DNA of 32,000 nucleotides from Thermosulfurimonas dismutans (GCF_001652585.1 NZ_LWLG01000012.1:30001-62000), one strand, 5' to 3'; shown: positions 7,182-14,070, counted from the first letter of the stretch. A program made the numbers and translations. Notes: generated by a model from the letters alone, not told the origin.

Positions 7182-8206
7182 CTCTCCCCCCTAGTAACCA
7201 TGTGCTGAAAGATTTGAATATCGGTTACAAAGTCGTCGGTAAAACGGATATAGAGTTTCCCGGCCTCGTAATGGGATTCCCTTTCCGGTTCCTCTCCGAG
7301 GGCGGCTTTAAGGAGTCTTTCCGGAAGATTAACCCCTACGCCCACCGCAAAATAGATCCAGGCCGGAAAGCGGGGATTGATCTCGATGAGATAGATCTCT
7401 TCGTCCTTCACAATAGTCTCCAGCTCAAAGGCTCCACGCCATCGAAAGGCCCTTACGAACTCCTCGGCGGCGGAAAGTAGCCTTTGGTGGGTTACGGTCA
7501 CCCCGGTCCAGATCTTTCCCAGGGAGGTAATCCAGAGTTTTTTGATGGTCACCAGCCCGAAATGTCCTCCCTCTCCGTCGCCGACCCCCACCACGTTCAT
7601 CTCCTCGCCCGCAACCACTTCCTGAAGAATCACCGGAAATCCCCATTCCGCCAAAATACTGTGGAAGTACTGCTCCGCTTCCGCGGGGGTGTGGGCCTTA
7701 AGGGCCTTATAAAAAAGGCCCTTAACCATGACCGGAAATTTCAGCTGTGAGAGGGCCCGGGAGAATTCTTCGTATGAAGTAACTACCAGGGTGGCAGGGA
7801 TCTTGATTCCGATGGTCTCGGCTACTGCCGGTAGCCGATCCTTGGCCCGCAGACGGAACTGTTCTTTGGAGGGAAGAAAGGTTTTTATTCCGTAGGCCGA
7901 AAGCCTTTCCTGGAGATCTATAAAAAGAGGCAGTTCGGCATCCAGGGCCGGGATGATGGCCTCAAGATCCTCTTTTTCCCGGATATAAAGGAGTCGATTG
8001 AGAAAAGGGGCTTCGCCCTCGGAAGGATAGGGCATAAGATAGGCCCGCTCAATCAGTTGTTCGAGATAGACTCCGGGTTCCATGGCATCATAGGCTAGGC
8101 CGACCACGGAGACCGAAAGACTTCCCTCCCGAAGACCTTTTATAATTCCGATTCCCGGGCCAGGATTGTCAACCGCGTTTATCCCGGAGACCGCAACCTT
8201 AATCAT
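7178..8206 (-). CDS. ATP-grasp family carboxylate-amine/peptide ligase
   Basis: The ORF is 342 aa. The layout resembles ATP-grasp enzymes: FPVMVKG (ATP-binding Lys region), VILQEVVAGEE and the Mg/ATP loop YLIEINPRFPAW. The start overlaps the PqqD-like stop by 8 nt (ATGATTAA). Confidence 0.75.
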   Translation of the reverse strand: MIKVAVSGINAVDNPGPGIGIIKGLREGSLSVSVVGLAYDAMEPGVYLEQLIERAYLMPYPSEGEAPFLNRLLYIREKEDLEAIIPALDAELPLFIDLQERLSAYGIKTFLPSKEQFRLRAKDRLPAVAETIGIKIPATLVVTSYEEFSRALSQLKFPVMVKGLFYKALKAHTPAEAEQYFHSILAEWGFPVILQEVVAGEEMNVVGVGDGEGGHFGLVTIKKLWITSLGKIWTGVTVTHQRLLSAAEEFVRAFRWRGAFELETIVKDEEIYLIEINPRFPAWIYFAVGVGVNLPERLLKAALGEEPERESHYEAGKLYIRFTDDFVTDIQIFQHMVTRGER

Positions 8207-8447
8207 GGCTTTCCCTCCAGAGCCCGAATCTCCTTAAGCCCTCCAGAAACTCCTCCACGTCCCGTTCCGCCTCTTCAGGGGAAACCTCGTATTCCTCAAG
8301 GATGGCCTCAACGATTGCCGTGGGTGACAATCCTTCCTTGAGCTTCTGCAAGATAAAAAGCCCAGTTTCGTTTACGGTATAACTGTTTCCGGTCTCGGGA
8401 TCAAACACAAAGCCTTCATCACTTATGGCCAGGCGAGAGATCTTCAT
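8199..8447 (-). CDS. PqqD-like small protein (RiPP-recognition-element / peptide-chaperone fold)
   Basis: The ORF is 82 aa. The N-terminus forms a short beta-sheet pattern (ISDEGFVFDPETGNSYTVNETGLFILQKL), followed by acidic helices (SPTAIVEAILEEYEVSPEEAERDVEEFLEGL), as is typical of the PqqD family. A strong RBS AAGGAGG sits 6 nt upstream of the ATG. Confidence 0.65.
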   Translation of the reverse strand: MKISRLAISDEGFVFDPETGNSYTVNETGLFILQKLKEGLSPTAIVEAILEEYEVSPEEAERDVEEFLEGLRRFGLWRESHD

Positions 8448-8458
8448 TTCGGGCCTCC

Positions 8459-9265
8459 TTATCTATTTTCCCTGAGCCATTTCATAATATCCCAGGCAGT
8501 AACACCATGGGAAAGGGCTAATTCCCTTAGAGGGCTATTCCAATCTGGGCGCACTCCGTGTTTCTTAAGAATCCCCTCACAGGTCTTACGGTCAAGCCCG
8601 AAGAGCTCACAGACCTCCTTTAGGGTTCGCTTACCAGGATGGGCGATGACCGGTGCTACAGAACCCTTAGCGGTGGAAGCGCTCTGTTTCTGACTGATGA
8701 TTATCAAATAAAGATCCGCTGGGGAGGTCTTGTTTAGACGGGCAAGCTCCTTGAGAGACATTTGGGAAGAGGGAATTTTAAACCCTCGAGCTTCTAAGAC
8801 CTGTATAGTTTTTTGCAGGGAAAGACCCTCTCTTTTGACAACGACTTCGAGAGAAAGAAGTTCAGCGTGAGGCACTGGGGGAGGAACTGCCGGCTTGTGC
8901 CAAGAGGCTTTAAATCTTTCCTGGAGGCTCATTAGCAGGCTTGCCGGCGGAAGATCCTTTATCGCTAGGACCGTAAGAGCCACCGTAACCAGAGTCAGGG
9001 AAACCAAAACCTTGCTCGGGGCCCTTGTCGAGCCCAGATAGCGTTTAAAGGGCTTCCAGTTCAGATAGAAATGCCAGGCCGCAAGAAAGATCACGAGAAC
9101 CCCGAAGAGGATATGGATAGCCTCCCACTGATCCTTTCCCAGTCCCAGAAGGCGCCAGTCCGTCCAGTAGGCCACGCGGCCAGGCGGCATGATATAAAGC
9201 ACGAGTCCTGTTAGGACCGTGAGCCCCAGAGCATAGAAGAGAAAGAGGCTAACAAAGCTTCTCAT
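8459..9265 (-). CDS. DUF4405-like membrane protein (His-bearing helices) with a duplicated soluble C-terminal module
   Basis: The ORF track starts at 9298. I prefer the ATG at 9263-9265 (MRSFVSLFLFY...), which has GGGGGA 6 nt upstream and removes the overlap with the upstream gene. The signature is WEAIHILFGVLVIFLAAWHFYLNWKPF. The C-terminal half contains two similar ~45-aa units (LSLQKTIQVLEARGFKIPSSQMSLKELARLNKTSPADL and RTLKEVCELFGLDRKTCEGILKKHGVRPDWNSPLRELALSHGVTAWDI). Confidence 0.6.
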   Translation of the reverse strand: MRSFVSLFLFYALGLTVLTGLVLYIMPPGRVAYWTDWRLLGLGKDQWEAIHILFGVLVIFLAAWHFYLNWKPFKRYLGSTRAPSKVLVSLTLVTVALTVLAIKDLPPASLLMSLQERFKASWHKPAVPPPVPHAELLSLEVVVKREGLSLQKTIQVLEARGFKIPSSQMSLKELARLNKTSPADLYLIIISQKQSASTAKGSVAPVIAHPGKRTLKEVCELFGLDRKTCEGILKKHGVRPDWNSPLRELALSHGVTAWDIMKWLRENR

Positions 9266-9276
9266 CCCAGATCCCC

Positions 9277-9981
9277 CTATTTGTTTTCCTGAGGGCATTT
9301 TCTAAGGCTCAAAGTCCGGCCGTCTTTGAGGAGTACGATCCGGCAGGCCATGTATTCGTCTATGTTGCGAGCAGCCCAGAATGGAGGCTGGTAGGCCAAG
9401 ATCTCCACCTTCTCGCCAGGTTTAAGCTCCGGATAATCGTTTAACCAAAGGGGAGAAATCCTGAAGGTAGCCACCCGGCCCTCACTATTTTTTACTTCTA
9501 TTACCAACCATTTAATCTGAGGCCGACCTATACCGGGGCTGCTCTTCCGGGCCACGATTTCCCCGGAATAGACCAGCGGTTTCAGACTAGTTCTCCAACA
9601 GGGCTTGCCTGGCCCCTCTCGCAGCACGAGGACCGCCCCGGTATCGAGATTTTTTACCTCCGCCGCCACCAAAACCGGCTGACCGGCAAAGGCCGTACGT
9701 GGGGGAATCCAGCCTCTAACCCTGATCCGGTCTCCCGTAGTAAAGGGAGGCTTGAGCTTCCACCATTCGGGATAAAGCCTCACCTTTATTTCCTTTTTCT
9801 CGGTGGCTACCAACGCGGTCACGAAGCCGAACCTGGCCTTGGGAGAGGCCTTTTCCACCCGGATCTCCCTGACCGTGCCCTCCACCTCCTGCATAGGAAC
9901 CCCGGGACCCTTTCCAAAGGCGGCTCCGAACCATATTAGAAGAAAAAGCAAACTAAATATTTCAATTTTTCTCGTGTTCAT
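9277..9981 (-). CDS. Secreted protein with two OB-fold-like (BOF-like) repeats, first gene after the sigma54 promoter
   Basis: I moved the start from the TTG at 10011 to the ATG at 9979-9981, which has AAGGAGG 7 nt upstream. The product begins MNTRKIEIFSLLFLLIWFGAAFG, a signal peptide. Two internally similar halves are visible (GTVREIRVEK...VRLYPEWW...GDRIRVRGWIPP and GEIVARK...FRISPLWL...GEKVEILAYQPPFW). Confidence 0.55.
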   Translation of the reverse strand: MNTRKIEIFSLLFLLIWFGAAFGKGPGVPMQEVEGTVREIRVEKASPKARFGFVTALVATEKKEIKVRLYPEWWKLKPPFTTGDRIRVRGWIPPRTAFAGQPVLVAAEVKNLDTGAVLVLREGPGKPCWRTSLKPLVYSGEIVARKSSPGIGRPQIKWLVIEVKNSEGRVATFRISPLWLNDYPELKPGEKVEILAYQPPFWAARNIDEYMACRIVLLKDGRTLSLRKCPQENK

Positions 9982-10017
9982 ACCTACGACCTCCTTTTTC
10001 CTTTTTAGCAAAAATTA

Positions 10018-10034
10018 AGCAAAGGGTATGCCAA
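10018..10034 (-). promoter_or_regulatory. Sigma54 (RpoN) -24/-12 promoter
   Basis: The minus strand reads TTGGCATACCCTTTGCT, that is TGGCAT-N5-TTGCT with exact GG-N10-GC spacing. The consensus is TGGCAC-N5-TTGCW. The GC element lies 37 nt upstream of the ATG at 9981. The promoter is immediately downstream of a sigma54-dependent activator gene pair. Confidence 0.7.
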
Positions 10035-10072
10035 CCCTAAACCTTTAAAAACAGCGGCTCCGAGGTCTCTGA

Positions 10073-10123
10073 CCTCGGAAACTTTTCCGAAAAAGGGATC
10101 ATTTTTCGGAAAAGTTTCCGAGG
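10073..10123. repeat. Perfect 22-bp inverted repeat with a 7-nt spacer spanning the kinase stop codon
   Basis: Arm 10073-10094 is CCTCGGAAACTTTTCCGAAAAA and arm 10102-10123 is TTTTTCGGAAAAGTTTCCGAGG. I checked all 22 positions base by base and they are complementary. The spacer GGGATCA contains the TGA of the kinase. A second hairpin (CCGAGGTC-TCT-GACCTCGG, 10060-10078) shares CCTCGG with the left arm. Confidence 0.85.
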
Positions 10124-11244
10124 GGAAGTCTAATGGTAAAAACGGTCCAACCGGAACATAATTCGGCCTTGACGCTTCCACCGTGGGCCTCTACGATTCT
10201 CTTGACATTGAAGAGGCCGAGACCGAAGCCTCCGGGTTTTTGGCTCTTGTAGGGCCTGAAAAGTTCGGTGGTCTCGGGAAGAAGGCCTGCAGAATCGGCC
10301 ACCTCTATACGATAAAATTCGCCCTCAACGTCCCCGTAAAGCCTCATTCTGCGGGGAGGAGGTGCCTGAGCCAGGGCCTCCAGGGCATTTCTAATAAGGT
10401 TTCGAAGGACCACGCGCATCTTTTCAGGATCAACGGAAAGTTTTGCGGGCGCAAGTCTGACCTCGGTTTCGACTCCAAGATCTTCTACTCTTTCGGAAAA
10501 TTCTCCGAGGATCTCTTTTATCAAATCGTTTATTCTGGTTTCAACAGGCCTTAGAGCCAGAGGCTTCCTTAAATCGGAGACCTCTACCAGATAAAGGGTG
10601 AGTCGCCTAATTTCCTCCTCAAGGATTTTTATTTCTTCGGACGAAGTCTTCTTTTTCAGGCGAAAGACCGCAAAATTGAGGTTATTCAGGGCGTTTTTGA
10701 CCTCGTGAAGCATGGATGCGATGGCCAGGGATACGCTTTTTAGCCGTTCGGCTTCGGCCCTTTCCTGAGCAAGGATCAGTCTGCTTTCGTAATAACTCCT
10801 GAGCAACCAAAGGGTTAACCCTAACCCCATGAAATTGAGGAGTAACCACAAGCTGAGTTCAATGTAGAAATGGCGTTTGATCTCGTAAAAGACCTCCCCC
10901 GAGAAGTAGAGTTTAAATACGAAGGGGTTGAGTTCCAGGGTGTAAATCAGATTTTTGGGAGGAATGTCCGTCCCCGGAACGATGATGGTTCTTCCGGAAA
11001 GGATAAGGGCTGCCCCTTTGAGAAGGTCGGAATCCTCCATATATTCTGCAAGGGTTTCCACAGGATCGCCTCCAGAGATCACAGTGGCCTTGAGAACCGA
11101 ATAAATACGCCGTTTTTCTTCCTCCAGCGTCAAATAAAAAAATTTCTCCCATTCCTTCTTCAAACGGTAAAAATCGTAAAGAAAACCCAGACCCAAGGCC
11201 AAAAGTACGGTAAAAAAGAGAAAGAGATAACGTCTAGATGCCAT
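10099..11244 (-). CDS. Sensor histidine kinase (two TM segments, ~100-aa extracytoplasmic loop, HisKA + HATPase_c)
   Basis: The ORF is 381 aa. TM1 is YLFLFFTVLLALGLGFLY and TM2 is LSLWLLLNFMGLGLTLWLL. The H-box is SMLHEVKNALNNL, the N-box is VLRNLIRNALEA and the G2 box is GGFGLGL. The start overlaps the regulator stop by 11 nt. Confidence 0.85.
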   Translation of the reverse strand: MASRRYLFLFFTVLLALGLGFLYDFYRLKKEWEKFFYLTLEEEKRRIYSVLKATVISGGDPVETLAEYMEDSDLLKGAALILSGRTIIVPGTDIPPKNLIYTLELNPFVFKLYFSGEVFYEIKRHFYIELSLWLLLNFMGLGLTLWLLRSYYESRLILAQERAEAERLKSVSLAIASMLHEVKNALNNLNFAVFRLKKKTSSEEIKILEEEIRRLTLYLVEVSDLRKPLALRPVETRINDLIKEILGEFSERVEDLGVETEVRLAPAKLSVDPEKMRVVLRNLIRNALEALAQAPPPRRMRLYGDVEGEFYRIEVADSAGLLPETTELFRPYKSQKPGGFGLGLFNVKRIVEAHGGSVKAELCSGWTVFTIRLPLGNFSEK

Positions 11245-12580
11245 ATTTTTTGCGTTTATAACGTAGGGACTTCTCGTCTATCCCCAGAAGTTCGGCAGCC
11301 CTGGTCTGCACATAGCCAGTCTGCTCTAGGGCTTCCTTGAGAAGGAGCTTCTCCACGTCGGCAAGGACTTTGGGGAGGGCTTTTCCTAGCGGAAGATGCA
11401 GATCGATCTTCGACTCGCCCTTAGTCTCAAGTCCAAGAACTTCGGGAGTAATTTCCCTGCCGCTTACCAACACCGCCCGGTGGATAAGATTCTCGAGCTC
11501 CCTGACATTTCCCGGAAAAGAATAACGGAGTAGCTCTTCCATAGCTTCCGGGGTGATCTTTACATCTTTTTGGTATTTCTGGTTAAACTTCCGCAGGAAA
11601 TAAGCAACAAGTTCAGCAATATCTTCCTTTCGTTCGCGAAGGGGTGGAATCTTTAGGACTAGGACATTCAGGCGAAAATAGAGATCCTCTCGAAATTTTT
11701 GTCGAGAGACCGCGGCCTTAAGATCTTCATTGGTAGCCGCTATGATTCTGGCGTCGCTTTTCAGAATCTTATTGCTGCCTAGACGACGAAATTCGCCTTC
11801 CTGGAGGAACCGTAGGAGTTTGCTCTGAAGAACAAGGGGCATCTCTCCGATTTCGTCAAGGAAAAGCGTACCGCCTTGGGCTTCTTCGATCAGACCCGAC
11901 CGAGAAGTTTCAGCCCCGGTAAAGGCCCCACGCTCATAACCAAAAAGTTCGGCTTCGAAGAGTTGCTCAGGCAAGGCCGCACAATTCACGGCCACAAACC
12001 GACCCTTACGCCCGCTTTTTTCGTGGATATAACGGGCTAAAAGCTCCTTTCCCACTCCGGACTCTCCTAGAATAAGAATGGGGGCCTCGGGCCGGGCAAA
12101 GATCTCGGCCTGCCGCAGAAGATCCTTCATTACCTGTGAACGATAAACCAAAGGCCCCGGCTCTCGGGGTCTTCTTAGACTAACGAGTTCCCCACACCTT
12201 CTCACCAAATTAAGGAGGACCTCGGGCTCATAAGGTTTTACCAGATAGTGAAAGGCCCCGGCCTTGATCGCAGAAATTGCGTCTTCTATCTCACCGAAGG
12301 CTGTAATGATAAGGACTTCGGTTTCTGGACTCTTCTCTTTTATACGCTCAAGGAGTTCCAAGCCGCTCATCCCCGGAAGCCGGACATCCAAAATGGCCAC
12401 ATCTATTTCTTCTTGGCTCAACACGGGCAGGGCCTTTTCGGCACTGGGCACACTCCAAACGCGATATCCTTCTTCCTCTAAGGTCTTCCGCAGAAGTTCG
12501 CGATGGATCTTCTCGTCTTCTACTATCAGGATACGCAGGCTATCGCCTTCGGGACCGGAGTCGACCTCTTTTCTTTTCAT
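11234..12580 (-). CDS. Sigma54-dependent response regulator (NtrC family: receiver + AAA+ + Fis-type HTH)
   Basis: The ORF is 448 aa. The receiver domain shows ILIVEDE...DVAILDVRLPGMSG. The AAA+ domain has Walker A GESGVGKE, the sigma54-contact loop ERGAFTGA, Walker B LFLDEIG and RVIAATN-like IIAATNEDL. The C-terminal HTH is TRAAELLGIDEKSLRYKRKKYGI. Confidence 0.92.
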   Translation of the reverse strand: MKRKEVDSGPEGDSLRILIVEDEKIHRELLRKTLEEEGYRVWSVPSAEKALPVLSQEEIDVAILDVRLPGMSGLELLERIKEKSPETEVLIITAFGEIEDAISAIKAGAFHYLVKPYEPEVLLNLVRRCGELVSLRRPREPGPLVYRSQVMKDLLRQAEIFARPEAPILILGESGVGKELLARYIHEKSGRKGRFVAVNCAALPEQLFEAELFGYERGAFTGAETSRSGLIEEAQGGTLFLDEIGEMPLVLQSKLLRFLQEGEFRRLGSNKILKSDARIIAATNEDLKAAVSRQKFREDLYFRLNVLVLKIPPLRERKEDIAELVAYFLRKFNQKYQKDVKITPEAMEELLRYSFPGNVRELENLIHRAVLVSGREITPEVLGLETKGESKIDLHLPLGKALPKVLADVEKLLLKEALEQTGYVQTRAAELLGIDEKSLRYKRKKYGI

Positions 12581-12598
12581 AGTAGCTTAGAAAACATT

Positions 12599-13465
12599 TT
12601 AAGACGTCCGAAGGCCCCTTTCCAAATAAGCTAGGAACTTGTAAATCAGACGGGCAGCCAGGTATTCCGTACGGGGATCTCCGGGAATAGGCAAAAGCTC
12701 TACCACATCAAAACCAATGACCCGGAAGGAGGCTGCCAACTTCAAAATTTCGAGGACCTCATACCAGGTAAGCCCTCCAGGCTCGGGAGTGCCCACTCCG
12801 GGGGCCTCCGCGGGATCAAAACCATCAAGATCTAAAGTCACGTAAACCGGCCCCTCCCCCAAAAGGTCTTTCAAGTTTGCAAGACCGGCTTCAAAGTCCC
12901 GTTTGAGGTCCCGGGCCCACAGGACAGAAAGTTTTTCCCTCTGAATGAGTTCGTATTCCTCCCGGGAGGCCGTCCGTATTCCCACGGCCACCACCTCAAG
13001 GCCCATCTCATAAGCCCGCCGCATAACGCAAGCATGGCTGAAGGGAGTTTCCTGGTAAACATCCCTCAAATCTGGATGGGCATCTATCTGAAGGATTTTG
13101 AATGACGAAAAGCGCTCCTTTAAAGCCCTCAGAGCCGCAAGGGTAACGGTGTGTTCACCCCCGAGGAGAACCGGAAACTTTTGTTCGTCCAGGGCCTTAC
13201 AGACCAGGCTCTCTATAGTAAGAATGGCTTTCTCGGGGTCTACCGGAAGTTCGGGCTCCGGAAAGGTATAGAAACCCAAGTTACGGTGAGGTTCGCTTCC
13301 GGTTTCCTCGTCAAAAAACTCGAGATAAGGACTAACCTCTAGGATACGTCTCGGGCCCTCTCTCGTCCCTGGGCGCCAAGAAGTAGTGGCGTCGTAGGGA
13401 GCAGGAATGAGGGCTACCCGAGCCTTCTCTCGGACCTCGGGTAGCCCCAGAAAGGTCCGTCTCAT
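12599..13465 (-). CDS. speB: Agmatinase / ureohydrolase (arginase family)
   Basis: The ORF is 288 aa. The arginase-family Mn-binding motifs are present: LGGEHTVT, QIDAHPDLR and VTLDLDGFDP. The start directly abuts the speH stop (TAGATG). Confidence 0.88.
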   Translation of the reverse strand: MRRTFLGLPEVREKARVALIPAPYDATTSWRPGTREGPRRILEVSPYLEFFDEETGSEPHRNLGFYTFPEPELPVDPEKAILTIESLVCKALDEQKFPVLLGGEHTVTLAALRALKERFSSFKILQIDAHPDLRDVYQETPFSHACVMRRAYEMGLEVVAVGIRTASREEYELIQREKLSVLWARDLKRDFEAGLANLKDLLGEGPVYVTLDLDGFDPAEAPGVGTPEPGGLTWYEVLEILKLAASFRVIGFDVVELLPIPGDPRTEYLAARLIYKFLAYLERGLRTS

Positions 13466-13924
13466 CTAGACCGCAAGCTGGTTCCTTTCGGTCCGGATGA
13501 AACGCTCCACCGCCCGAATGGAACGCGGAAACTCGTGGCCCCGATCAAGAAGCCGGATTTCGCTCTTCTGGACTTCAAAGAGTCGAGAAATATCCTCGAT
13601 GGCTTTGTCCACATCGAAGGGCTTGCAGGAAAAGATATCCACGCTCATATAAAGCTTTTCCGGAAAGGTATGGATACTAATGTGACTTTCAGCAATAATC
13701 ACGAAGCCTGAAATACCCCAATCCTCGGGCACCGGAGCATAATATTTGAAGACATAAGGAGGCATAATCTTAGTCATATTGATTTGGGACGGGTATTCAC
13801 TCAGAAAATTGTAAATAAAATCCAAGTCCATAAGCTTTTCCCGATTGCAACCATAGCCGTCAAGAATGAGATGCTGCCCGAAACCGTACTCCACCTTTTC
13901 CGAATCCATAAATTTCTTTTCCAT
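13466..13924 (-). CDS. speH: S-adenosylmethionine decarboxylase proenzyme (pyruvoyl-dependent, short bacterial/archaeal class)
   Basis: The ORF is 152 aa. The self-cleavage and active-site region is VIIAESHISIHTFPE, with the E-S processing site. GGAGGG lies upstream of the ATG at 13922-13924. Confidence 0.88.
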   Translation of the reverse strand: MEKKFMDSEKVEYGFGQHLILDGYGCNREKLMDLDFIYNFLSEYPSQINMTKIMPPYVFKYYAPVPEDWGISGFVIIAESHISIHTFPEKLYMSVDIFSCKPFDVDKAIEDISRLFEVQKSEIRLLDRGHEFPRSIRAVERFIRTERNQLAV

Positions 13925-14017
13925 GGCGGCCCTCCTTCGCTTAATTCCTTAAAAAACCCGCCCCAGCCAAAAAATTAAGGGCAGCCACCCCTTAGATGGC
14001 CACCCTGGGCGAGACAC

Positions 14018-14045
14018 AAAATACCCACCTTTTCCCCTTTGTCAA
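14018..14045 (-). promoter_or_regulatory. Candidate sigma70-type promoter for speH-speB (and possibly the kinase/regulator genes)
   Basis: The minus strand has TTGACA (14045-14040), a 16-nt spacer and TATTTT (14023-14018). This predicts a leader of roughly 85 nt. Confidence 0.35.
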
Positions 14046-14070
14046 CCCCTGGGATGTCAAAACATAAATA

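Noticed and set aside
10183-11340. Plus-strand ORFs (123 aa, 156 aa) and a 79-aa minus-strand ORF within the histidine-kinase gene
   Set aside because: The kinase frame carries the H, N and G2 boxes and two TM segments. The alternatives have no features.
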